From Octopus vulgaris (Eukaryota), in the NCBI GenBank assembly GCA_951406725.2, contig OX597815.1, forward strand, positions 93,682,001 through 93,746,000: 64,000 nt of DNA. The letters run 5' to 3'. The notes under the pieces are model-generated. The model had not been told where the DNA came from. It saw only the letters and a program-made list of their open reading frames with translations, and did not search any database. The position numbers were made by a program, and so were the translations under genes. Below are positions 42,401 to 56,200 of the stretch, piece after piece; position 1 is the stretch's first letter; each line of letters opens with the position of its first letter.

Positions 42401-44776
42401 TATATTAGTAAAAGTACTTTCCTTCCACAAAACTTGTGGAGAATATTCTTATAGCAAATGAAACAAAACAAGCAACCCGTCCTCTCCTTCAAAAAACAAA
42501 AAATCATGAAAATAATCTGTAACCTTAAAAATACTCAATAAATTCAAAAATATTTAGACTACTTTAGTGAGTGAATTATTATTATTATTATTGTTGTTGT
42601 TGTTGTTGTTGCATTACATTACTTGCCATGTGACTTTTTAAAAGAAGTAGAATGAAAGAAGTTATAAGAAGAATCTAAAATGCATATATGATATAAATAT
42701 ATAAGTAAAAAAATAACAGAATATCAACAGAAAAATATGAATAAAATATATAAAAAGCTATGCAAAGTGTTCTTTTTAACAGGATTATCATGTGGACAGG
42801 TCTCAGGAGAAGAATGTGTACTGCAGCAGGAAAAAAATCTTTTAGTGTTTTTGGAACTTGGTTTTGCCATTATTTTCTCAGTGTATTCATTGATCAATAC
42901 TTTATTCTGTGTTCTAACCAAATGTACCAATATTGTTGTTGTTAGAGATTTCTATTTACAAGTCATCTTGTTATTTTATGCTCTAAGTTCAAATCTTATC
43001 GATGTCAACTTTATTTTTCATCTGTCTATGGTTTGGTAAAATATGATGTCAGCTACATGCTGGTGGGGGAAGGGTGAAAAAATACAACTCCTCTAAAATT
43101 TGTAGTTTTGTGCTAATATCTGAAATTATCATCACGATTATTGTTGTTTTATTGCAGTCATGTTGTGACAAAATTAGCAGAATATTGGGTTAAGTGACTT
43201 ACTCAATTCAAATCCTGTTGAGATCAGCTTTTCTTTTCATCCTTCCAGGATTGCTAAAATATAGTCCCAGCCAAATACTGGGGTTTATGTAATCAATTAA
43301 CCCCTCTCCTTTCAAAAATTACTGGTCTTATTGTTGATATTCTTAAGGCGGTGAACTGGCAGAATCGTTAGTGCACTGAATGAAATGCTTAGTGGTATTT
43401 CGCCCGTCACTACGTTCTGAATTCCTCCAAGGTTGACTTTGCCTTTCATCCTTTCAGGGTCAATAGATTAAGTACCAATGAAACATTGGGATCAATAAAA
43501 TCAACTACCTCCCACCCCACAAATGTGAGGCCCTGTGCCTCCAGTAGAAAGGATTGTTGATATCCTTATTAACAAACAACAATAATAATGATAAGGGTAG
43601 TGAATTAGCAGAATTGTTAGAGCATCAGGAAAACACTTTATGGCATTTTTTCCAGCTCTTTATGTTCTAAACTTAGATGCTGCCAAAGTCAACAAAATAA
43701 ATACCAGTCAAATATTAAGTTTAATGATATTGACTAACCTCCTCACAAAACTGCTGACCTGCCTAAATTAAAAGCAATTATTTAAGGTAACTGGCAGGAT
43801 TATTAGAGTGTTAGAAAAATATAGTACCAGCTAAGTATTTGAGGTGCAGGCATTGACTTCATTCCCCAAATTCTTAAAATTGTTGGCCTTGTACCTAAAT
43901 TAGAAACCATTGTTGTTGTTGTTAGAACAGAGCAGTGGGCTTAAATACCTTGTGGTTTTGTCCCTTTATGTTTCTAAGTTCAAATCTCTTTGTCCCCAGA
44001 GTAGTTTAATTCTGGCAAATATGATCATTTACATATTCTTGAATCATGTTTTTACAGTTTGGTGCTATATGTACTGCTAATCACTCAACTATGAAGTAAG
44101 CATTGTCAGCCAGTCTGACTGAGGTAAGCAGTTATGAATATTAGTATCTTAACACACTGACTACTGAGCCAATATTGGAGATTGTATGTGTCACATGACA
44201 CTCTAGAAATGACAGTTAAATTTTCTTCAAATAAAAGATTTGGTTGTTGTTTCTGGCTGACTGAGCAACTGCATAAAAGCTCTCTGCTCCCTATAGTGTT
44301 ATGAAAGAAACAGGAATTTTCCACTCTACTGGATAGAGAGTTAGCTTGTGGCAAATATCTAATATGCATTCTTTGACATCCACATGAACTGAAACCTATA
44401 GAATCAACTTTTTTTTTATTAAATTGAAACATGTATCTTGATGGTATAGTATTATATCTATATTATTGTTCCTTACACCCTTCCTCCCACACACACTTCT
44501 TCCTAATATAAAGATATTAATAATTGTTCATTTTATACTGTTTCCTGCAAAATGATATATTTTTCCATAACCACAATTCAGATATGGTGCTTGAAGATGT
44601 TCTAGAATTGTAAGTATTTCAAACATTTTATGTATCACTCATTCGTTCATAGGCTGGACAGTTTGACTTCAGTCTGGGAAGCCACAAGGCTGCAGCAGGC
44701 TCCAGTCTGATCTGGCAGTGTTTCAACAGCTGGATGCTCCTCCTAACGCCAACTACTCCATGAGTGTAGTGGGTGC

Positions 44777-44831
<55 letters not shown>

Positions 44832-46406
44832 GTATGTATGTATATAGATGTGTATATAAATTTGTGGAAGTATACACACTTAAGAGAGTATTAAATATTG
44901 AAGTAGCATTGTATTATTTTGTTGGAAGCTGAAACTTCACAAATCATTACGCCAAGTTTCTTGTTTCCAATTTTTGGAACATAATCATTTTTTTTTTTGT
45001 TTCATTTAATTCTGTTTTATTCTATTGGTTTCAGCAAAAGGCTATGGTTCTGCTAGAGCACTGCTATTAGCATTAGAGCTTATTTAAGACTCATTTCCTG
45101 GCCCCATCTCTCAAATTAGTCCCTTGTGAAGTAGTGAGTTAGAGTGGAATAAAAAATGTACAGTGACCAATCAGGTCATAATGTCAACAAGAAAAAGTAA
45201 GCATTTTATTTTGCTTAGTCGGTGAGAGGCAAAAGAGTGGGATGTAAATACACACACACACACAAATAGCAACAAGATGGGCATCCATACAGTTTCTGTC
45301 TACAATTCTATTCACAAGGCACTGATTGGTTTGGGGCTATAGCTGAAGACACTTGCTCAAGATCCCAATGGAACTGTTTGAATATCATATAGTGGTAGTG
45401 GTGGTAGTAGTAGTAGTAATAGTTAATCCAAGAAAAAAAATATTTCACCCATTACTATCCTACTTTTTTTTTTTTTTAAGATGGTAATGTATAGTTTGAG
45501 GAAGATTTGGTTGCTGTTATTAACATGTAAAGCAATTTTGGAGAGGCTCTCTTCGCTCATTTGTAATACAGCTTTAGTTATGTGAAAATGAATTCTTTAC
45601 AAAGAGACATCCATCTATATTTCCTGGTAAAAATGGTGCATGAATGGCTTGAGGTTTCTCTTGACAAAAATGAATTGGTTAGTTGCTCTACTTTTGTAAC
45701 GAAACTGTTAAATTGAATTAAAGATCAGTCCTCATATTTGGTTAATTAATTATATTTATTATAGTCTAGCCAGAAATAAGATTCCTGCACATTTACTCTT
45801 TTTACAAGGAATAATTCAGTAAAAATAGATCTGTATATTTAGCTGTCACATTCTTAGGAAAATTAAAATGCTGTTTTACGGAGAACTCATCTGATTTAAG
45901 TTTGGTCACTATGTGTATGTGTATGTGACCTTTTCAATATCATTAAAATATACTTTGAGATTGATTAGGTTCAAAAGATATAAAGAAAATAAAAGCAAAT
46001 TTATTTGTAATATTCAATTAAATTACACAGCAGTCATCATCCATTAGCATTATAAATGCTCCCTACCACCATCATCTATTACCAATCATCAGTACCTCCA
46101 CTGCTGCCTCCATCTTAACCCACCAACCACCACTACCATCATTATCATCACCACAGCTGCTTATTAATGAAGCAGTGAAACAGCAGAATGTTATTAATTA
46201 AACTTGTTTGACATAATAAAACCAATCAAGTCACTGAATCTAACCTGGTCTTTAACACTCTATCTCTCTGATATATATATCATCATCATCATCATCATCG
46301 TTTAACGTCCGCTTTCCATGCTAGCATGGGTTGGACAGTTCAACTGGGGTCTGGGGAGCCCGAAGGCTGCACCAGGCCAGTCAGATCTGGCAGTGTTTCT
46401 ACAGCT

Positions 46407-46465
<59 letters not shown>

Positions 46466-48059
46466 TCCATATGTGTGTGATTCAGGCTATATATCCAGCC
46501 CAAATATTCTACTTGTTTTATGCTAAAACTGATCAGATCTAACCTCTCACACCTACCCTACAATGTCGTTCTAAAATGTAAGGTGGTGATCTGGCAGAAA
46601 CGTTAGCGCGCCGGGTGAAATGCTTAGCAGTATTTTGGCTGTCTTTACGTTCTGAGTTCAGATTCCACCAAGGTTGACTCTGCCTTTCATCTTTTTGGGG
46701 TCGATAAATTAAGCACCAGTTGTGTACTGGGTCAGTCTAATCAACTGGCCTCCTCCCCCAAAATTTCAGGCCTTGTGCCTGGAGTAGAGAAGAAAAGAAT
46801 ATTATTCTAAAAATATATAAACATGCCATTGAAATCTTGGAACTATGAGATAATGCATGATTAATTCAAAATAATGTGAATAAATAAGCAATACATTTGA
46901 CAAAGAAATTTGGATGCTAAAGGGTTAAATATACATATCTTTTACTTCTTTCAGCTATTAGATTGTGGGTGTGTTGGGGCACCACCTTAAAGAATTTTAA
47001 TTAGATGAAACAAAACCAGTTTTTATTTTTTTTAAAGTCTGGTGCTTAATTTATTGGGCTCTTTCACCAAACTGTTATGGAGATGTAAACTCACCAACAC
47101 TGATTGTCAAGCATGGTGGGAGACAGACACAGACACAAAGAGACACACATCAATAAGTGTGTTTCTGTGTGTGTGTGTATGTGTGTATACACAACAGATT
47201 TCTTTCAGTTTCTGTCCACCAAATCCATTCGCAGGGCTTTGCTTGGCCCAGTGCTATAGTAGAAGACACTTGCTGAAGGTGCCACATGGTGGGACTGAAC
47301 CCAGAACCATGTGGTTGGGAAGCAAACTTCTTACCATACAACCACAACTACATGTATATCTATGGACACTGATGTATACTAAAACATTAAAAAAATATTG
47401 ACATTTTTATGCTTTTATATATCCATTTCAGTTACTCAGCAGCATAAATCTTTAGTATGTCTGCAAAAATTTTCCTAGATAGAGGTATCCATTTAGATAC
47501 ACATATCATCTTCACATCTAATATTTCCATGCTTGCACAGGCCAGATGGAATTCATTAAGGCAAATTTTCTACAGAAAGATGTCCTTCCTGTCACTAACC
47601 TTCACTTTTTTCACAGCAAAATATATTTCCAAATGATCAGACCTGTTTTCATGGAAGATTGGAAATGACACTGCTTGTATGACAGTGATAGTTTTTTTTT
47701 TTTTCTATCATCACTGGATTTTAAGATATAATATGCACACACACACATACATGAACACACATTTAGATTACTTTATGAAATTTAATGGGTTTTTAATTCA
47801 CAATTTTTTGAATTAATCCTGCATTATCTAGTAGCTTCAAGATTTCAGTGATGTGATTATTTTTGGAATGATGTTGTAGGGTAGGTGTGATAGGTTAGAT
47901 CTGGCCAATTTGAACATATAACAGAAGATTTGGGCCAAATATGGCCAGTTCAAATGCTTATGGGTTCAATTTAAAACTTGATATAGCAAAGTAACTCTTG
48001 ATTGTCATTTTACTTGTCTTCAACTCTCATTTGTTTGCTTGATCACCTAGCTCGTTTTC

Positions 48060-48107
<48 letters not shown>

Positions 48108-50183
48108 CACACACACACACACATACATTCCTATCTCTCTATCTTTCTCTCTTTGTATAATATATATTCTGTCTGACCCATACAAGCATGGAAAAGTTGA
48201 CATTAAAACAATGGTGATATATAGTTGTCTATACCTCAACCTAACTCTTGTAACAATTAACCCTGATTTTTAAAAAAATGTTCTTTTGTCCCCACCCCCA
48301 CCACATCAGCAATCTCATGTAAATGGAAGGTTACTACATTCTAAACAGCTACTATCTATCGACAGATAGACACATGTGAAACACAGTTGCTGTTACTTTT
48401 CACTTTTACTGAGTCAGTAAAGTATTTTATCAAATAAAGATGATATCGTTATGGCCTTAACACCTTTGATTATAGGTTAGTTCATTCAAATCTGACCCGC
48501 AGCTAACAACATCATTACATTTTTTTTTTTTTATAAGAACAAAATAATAGAAAAGAAAAAGTAGTCCAACTGGTTAGTGTGGTCATTGTTTAGCCCTAGG
48601 TTAGACTTGATTAAGCACACCTATGATCAGAGGTATTCTTTTTCTAATTTAAAAATTTTTTAATGACAATGTAACTTTTTAAGAACAGCATTGAGCAGGT
48701 TGTTTCTCTACTTGATATTTGGCATGGGTGTAGCCCTAGTGAATCTGTATCAACATAGCAAATCTGATACAGTGCTAACTCTATTTCATAGTTTCATAGC
48801 TATATTTTAATATAGTGAAATATATTCAATTTATTCACAAACTGTGTAGTGTGTTTTGTAATTTTTATTGGTAATTTATTATCAGCTCCATATCTGCACT
48901 GAGATATTATCATCTGTTGGATAAAGGGTAAAGACCTCCTTCAGTCATGAATGTCCATGAGATTGCACCTAGAAAGTTCCCCTCCAAGGCACAAGTCCAG
49001 GCAAGGTTGTTTATGGAAGACCAGCAGTTGCCCATGCATACCAGCCTCCCTTCTTCATGCCACCTATGATGTCCAAGAGAAAGGCAAAGGCCAATACAGC
49101 TTGGCACCAGTGATATTGCAACTCATTTCTACAGTTGAGTGAACTGGAGCAACGTGAAATAAAGTATGTTGCTCAAGAACACAACACACAGCCCAGTCTG
49201 AGAATTGAACTCACTACCTCATAGTTGTAAACCTGATGCTCTAAGCACTAAGTCATGCAACTCCATTATCTATTAACCATACTATATCTGACAAAACTGT
49301 AAGGAGAGTCAAATTGTGAGTTTTTAGTTGCACCTCAGCATTCCTTCAAAGTTTAATGTAAATACATCATAATCAATTCTTTAAAATCTGTTTTTACATG
49401 GTGGTACATGAGTTATTGTTACTGGCATTCATCATATTTATTGTGGATCTCACCTCATCATTTCTTAACCACAGCTTCTCCTGTTTGCATGCAATACTTT
49501 TTCACACAGGAGGGTTGTCTTCACAAAGAACATAAAGAACCATGATGTCTTTCAATTGCTAATTTCTCATCTGCAGTCACAGGTTCTGTAGATGATTGTA
49601 GTGCCAGTCAAACTGACAGGTTTCTCAGACCAAGTTTCATAAAAGTATAATCTGTTCTGCAAAATGGGAAGAAATCCAAAGACCAATTTTTTTTTTTTTG
49701 CTTTGCATTTTATTCCTTACTACCATCCTGCTTTCCAATGATAGTAGCATTCCCACTCTTTTAAAGGTTCCAGGATTTCACCTGACAGTGGCAAATGACA
49801 GAATGGCAAATGGGTGCTATGACAAAGTGGCAAAATGGATGCTGTACCTTGCCAAAGAGCAAACCATGATTTTGTCCAAGACTGCTTATTGAATATTTGC
49901 AGCTAAATTTTTATATCTACAGGTCATTTTCCTATCTGCAAACTAGACCCAATGGATGGGAGTTTTCATCACCAATAGAGAAATGTTATGTTGAAAATGA
50001 CCTACCCGCTCCTGTGTCAGCATGGGAAAGTGAATTTAAAAATGAAAATGATAATGACTCACTATTCAAATGTATCACACATCTAAAGCAGGTTATTCTG
50101 TGAGGTAGTGTCTCTGCAATCACTCAATATAAAAGTAGCAACTAAATCACTCTGGCAACTCATCTCTCCAGACTTACCTTTTT

Positions 50184-50246
<63 letters not shown>

Positions 50247-53200
50247 AATTATGCATGTAAAAGTATTACATTTCATGAATTTAAAAATATTTTAAAGTAT
50301 GATCCAACAAATAAACACTTCCTTTGGTGAACCAGCAATCTACTCTTTATAGGGTTGCTTGACCTACTACAAAAAGTAGCCAAATCTCCCTCAAATTACA
50401 CCTTAACAACAAGCTGGAAGGAAACAATGCTAGTTTTAGATATCCTTAAAAATATGAAACAGTTATGCCTTTGATTATTATTGATGTTGGAAAATGAATT
50501 CCTACATTTAGATTCTACTTCGTAGTTTTTGATACCTATCCTCCTACTCATTAATGGCTCTTTTATTTCCCTATCAGCTACCCCACCTTCAGTGTCATTG
50601 ATCCTCTAACCACCTTTTTAACATTGATTTCACCTCCTTGTTAATAATCACTGTTGTTTTAGCACCCACATCAGCCCCAGTCTTACAAATCATCCCATCA
50701 GTCTTGTTTTTATAGTATCTTGATGACTTGTCCATTGTAGCTTTCCTGTTTTTTTAATATAAATATGATTGAGTGAGATTTGGATTTGGGGGTTGAATGT
50801 ACAGGCTCCATCAGTTCATTTAATGGTGAGATGATCTGAAAGAAAGGGCACATTTTTGTCCCATCCATGTCAAAGTCTCACAAATAAACATTGCTTGTTG
50901 TGAGGGAAACAGTAAATAAATAGAATAAAATTAAATAAAGCTAATAATTGGGGTACAAAATATAACTTTGACTAATTAATTTGATGTCTCTGACAGAGGA
51001 GCCAATATACAAACAAACTGGAGAATGTAAGTTTTTAAGAAACAGACTGACACGCAGTACACTTCACTGTTTTGTCTGCAACAGTGTTTGTGTTTGAGGT
51101 TGGGGTGCTGGTGAGCCTGGCACTAAATTCTACAAACCCTTCCCATCTCTTCATATCAATTGCCAAAAATAAACTTTTCTTCTTTGCTCAGCTTCTTCCT
51201 CTGCCTCCCACCTCCACCCCTATTCAGGTAATGGAAGTCAGCCTATAGCTTGTACTTAATAACCTCACACATCCAAAGTAAATAAAATAGGTTTTGTTTT
51301 TGTTGATGTTGTTGCTTTGGTTAATAATTTTTTTTACTTTTTTTTTTCCATACCTGAAACATGAAAAATCTGTCTGGCATATTTGATGTTACTCGAGATA
51401 TCATTTGATATCATTTTAGTTACTTTTCTTCTTTTTTTTCATCCTTTTAAATTACATCAGATTTCCAGATAATTCTAGAATCAATGTTTATTGGAATAAG
51501 TGTTGTAGGTTGGTGACGAGCTTTTACTATTCTTGGCTGTGGTTATTTATAAAAACCAGAGTCCAAGAAAACTAGTGGTAACAGTTACCTACATCAACAG
51601 AAATCAGGAAATGGAATATAAGTTTGTATGCCACAGTGGAGTGATGAAATATAATGTTTCAGACAGACTCCTTACTTGGAAAACATTTCATTTTTATCTC
51701 CAAAGATCAGCTCTCATCAAGTAGACTATAGCACTAAAGATAGTTGTTATTGTTGTGTAGCCCCAGGAAAGTCTAGATGGAGCACATATGTAAAAAGTTA
51801 TACATGAAATTATTTCAGATATGACCATCTTGCCTTTTTTTTTTATCATATATGAACTACCATTATCCAATGTCTTCTTGCTTTTCATTATTTTTAAGAG
51901 TGAGATATGTCTGGTGCTTCTATCAAATAACCAGTTAGTTATAACTTGTAGAGTTATTGTTCCAGATACATTGTTATTTCTTTTACTTAGTTAAAGACCT
52001 TTGCATTAACCAGGCCTTACCTACGGCTAAACAGCATGTGGTTTATTGTATGGTGTACAATGTGGCATTCCAGGTGTATTGTCTTTTTTCTGCTCTCCAT
52101 GCCTGATTGTTGTTTAGCTCCAGGCCACCGTTGGTCAAGTAGACACATGATCATGTCATTATTTTGTATAATGTTTATGCCCACTTAAATGTGAATGTTA
52201 GAGCATCCACATTTAAGTGGGCATAAATGTTACCTATTGATATTAATACTGTCTCTGTCACTTATTTATATTTGTATAATGTATCCTTTCTTTTTGTAGG
52301 TAGGAAATAGATCTCTCTGCTGTTAGCAGGCTGAGTAACCATATAGTAACTCTTTGTTAGTTCATATATGCCTCAAGATTCTGGTAGTGATCAGAGTGGA
52401 GATAGTTAGTGTGTGTAACAGTTGATCTTCACTTACCATTATATGCATCCTGGCAGTATTTGGAGTAAATGCGATTGTTGTTGTTTAGCTTAAGATCACC
52501 TCGGATCAAAAGACATTCCAGCCATACCTATCTTTTCCTTTTTATTTCTTTTTTTTTTTACAAAGTATATCTATGATTACATTATTCAGTATGTTCTTTT
52601 AAGATAGTAGGCTGTGGTTTGAGGAAGATTTCACTGCTATTTATAGCTGGTCAATGACCGCACAGACACTTCTTTGCTGGCTTACTCTTACTGTTTTTGT
52701 GTTTTATATAAAAGGCCAAAGATTTATCCAACCAACATAAATGTTTCTTCTTGGGTGAATGCATTTTGTTTATTTGGACCAAGTGGATGAGGCTTGTCCT
52801 GGATTGTAATGGAGTATTGGACATATCTTAGATATGCTAGAGTGGTTCATAGGAACTGAGAGGATTGGATATTGGTACAGCAACAAAACTGTACCTCATA
52901 TATACAAATACTTGTTCACTGTGAGTAATTTGTTTTGCTGTGTAGATGGTTTATAACCACAACCTGTATGTAAAGATGTGTAGTTTTGAGTTCTTTGTGG
53001 TTTGTTGTGGGAAGACCAAAAACCTAGACAGGATTGGTACAATGTATAATAGATCTATTACATTTTTTGTATTGTGTATGTTTTTCTTTTTCTCTGTATC
53101 TTCTATATGTGCTATGATTGTAAGTATTCCTTGTTATTTTCAGCTTCAGTGTGTGTGTGTTTATGTTGTTAAATGTGAAGGCTGACTGTATTTGTTGTTT

Positions 53201-56200
53201 AGTGCTGCTGGTGGATGGTGGCTCTTGTAAGTGCTACTTTTAGTTTATCTGTTTAGAGCCAGGTTTCTCAGTGGTTGATGTAGTTGTATAGTTATTTATG
53301 AAGGGTGGTGGGAGAATGTGACTGTGATGTTATCTGAATGCAACACTATGTTTTATGGAGGTGTAGTCAGGTTGAGTAGCTATATAAATTAAAGATCTGC
53401 GGAGAGGTTGGGTCATTGTGGTACAATACTGAGGATATTTCAGGTTCCAGATGCATTATTATTGTAGTCCACATCAGCTGAACAACTTGACAGTTCAGTA
53501 GCTGCTTTTTGATAGCATTTCTTCAATGTTTTGTTTAGAAGTGGATTGCAGGAGGATGAAATCAAAAACTTTACTAATATGTATGGCAGCTAATATGATG
53601 TGGAGGTTGTGTAATTTTCTGTAAGGTTTGTGAATATCTGGTCAGAATCTGTGCCATTAGAGACTGTAGATTGGTAATTTTGGGAATTAGCTTTTCTAAA
53701 ATATTTAGGATTTTCATAGGAAAGGCATGATGAGTCTATGATGCTGTTTTAGTTGAGTTTTACCTGGTTACTCAATTAACTAGCTACAATGCTCCAAATG
53801 ACAATCTGGACACATTGAATAATGTAGTTTTAGGTACACTAGGATATGCATGGAACACTAGTCAAACAGTAGGGGTTGGTGTTCTGTAGTCCCATGTTAG
53901 CTCTGATCAAGCCAGCCTGTGACCAAAAGTATTTCAACTGCACGGAATCCAAGACCACATTATCCTATTTATCTTTTTCTAAGATGGTGGGGTACAAGTT
54001 GAAAGAAATTTGATTGCTATTTCTTGAATGTTGTCTAACTTCGTTTGTTCAAAAGACCTGTGTTAGGATGTTATGTACCTCTGACTATTAACACAGAGTT
54101 ATTTTCCAGTAGTTCAATATAGATGACATCTCACTTGTGGTTTGTGTTTACTTTTGTTTTGTAATTATTGCTATTGATTAATATTGTTGTTATCGTCATG
54201 TACATGTGTTAGGTATACATCTGAGAAAACTAACACACCTTATTTGTTACATAGGCATTAAGCTTTCTCGGAAGTGCAAATGAGATTGTATTTATGATTT
54301 TCTCAAGGTTTTTACTTTTTGAATTTTTGTGAAAGACAAATTTTGGAAACACATGAGCATCACTCAGTCTTATTTAGTCTTTTCTGTAAAGGTTTATCTC
54401 TATGTAAGAAATCAGTGTGTATGTCTGTGTCACTAACCACCAAGGATTTTCCATGTTTGCTTAATCTACAGATATGACAGCAAAATTTTCAATAAACAAC
54501 ACCTTTCCATCTTTAGAAAAAATATACTTTGTATAAAGTGACCCTGGGGTGAAAATAGAATAGAATGATTGGAACCTTTCCAATCAATTATTTTCCTAGC
54601 AATCAATTAATTTTAATTGGGATACAGGCCAATCAATTATTGCAATTAATTGTCAATTATTTTGCCGAACGTAAAAACACCATATATTTTGGAGTATTAA
54701 CTTCAATTTAGATAAGAGCTAAAATGATAGGAAAATAAAAGGCACGTCTTATAGTTTGAAAAAACTTAATTATCAGAAAATATTCAAAGTTCATTGTTAT
54801 TGATTTAGAATAGGGAACAAACAACATTTATACTCTACATTGCACAGTAGTTGAAAAACAAAATTGAAAGAGCTTCTCAAACAAACAACACAATTAAACT
54901 GTTCTAATATAGCAAATGGTCATGAATGATTGCAGAATTCTGAAACTAGGTCTTCATCCCAGAAAGCGCAATTGACTTTAGAAATGATTACATTTCTAAA
55001 TTCATTGGTGTTAAGTATTGCTGAAAATCATTAAAAGTGTAACCTGCTGAGCTGAAGAAACATTCCAAAATGTTGGATGTTGGTAACAAAAATCTACAGT
55101 TCAGATATTACTGAGGTGAACTTCTATCTTTTTTGTGTTTTTTCAAACAAATTGATGCAAAATCATCATCTTCTATAGGTGAATCAGATTGTTGTGATGT
55201 GTCTGTCACCACTTTCAGCTGGTGTAGAGGAGCCACTTCATCTGCAGTTAGCTCTGCTGCTGCATGTTGTAAGATTTTTGTAACTCCACTTCCAAATTTG
55301 GGCTGTGCACAATGGCTGCTGATATAAGTAGATATTTTTTTTAATTCCTTGTAAGGATACGATGCAAGAATTTCATCAAAAAGAATTCAATCATTTCCCA
55401 CATTTATTTCTGTTCTTTGCAAGGCAACTGTTAGTGAGCGTAACTTTCCTAAATTGTCTTTTAGAGTCTGCAGATCATTATGATAGCATGGAGTCAACAA
55501 ATAATCAACCAACTTTGGATCACTTTGAAAAGAGTCTAAAAACAGCTTTATTTGGATGTACCTTTCAATCATGTCATTAGTACTGGACCAACAGGTTTTA
55601 TTTCTTTGTATAGGTTGCAAAGGTGTTTTCCCCGATGTTTACCCACAAGTTTTAATGATTTTAGCTTGCCCATCAACATATTAGTTTTATCAAGCAGAAC
55701 TTCCTGCTTGTTGAGGTAAGCAGAAACAGCTAGATTGAATTTATGAGAGGCACATCCATTTAGTGGTATTCTACACAAATTCTCTATAGATTTGTTCACT
55801 TCGGTATTTTCTCCAGTAATAGCTACAACATTTCTTAAATTTTTGTTATAGACACTTAACAAATACTCTATAAATTCATCATAATCAGAAGCAGTGATGT
55901 TTCACCTGCTATTGGTGAAATTGCCAGCAAAATGGTACAATAGTCATTTTGGTAATTGCACAAATAGGATGCAAAAAGTCCAATGAAATGCATCAAATCC
56001 TTAGTCCAAATGTCGATTACCAATGAAAAGTTACTTGGAAGTTCATCAGATATAGTTTCTTTTCCATTTCTTGAGTAAGTTTCTCCATGTATTTCTTTAA
56101 GGTCACATTTGTCATACTTCTAAGTTTGTGTACTTATGAGTCAGTGGGTCTTCAGTAAAGGAAGATGGTTTTAAACTAACACATACCCACTCAATCCAGC

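Noticed and set aside
44469-44477. Alternative U12 branch-like TTCCTTAC upstream of exon 3
   Set aside because: About 105 nt from the in-frame acceptor, too far for U12 spacing; TTCCATAAC at 44563 fits better.
49280-49900. Non-repetitive-looking stretch that might be a decayed LINE RT on the minus strand
   Set aside because: No motif could be read with enough confidence to call it.
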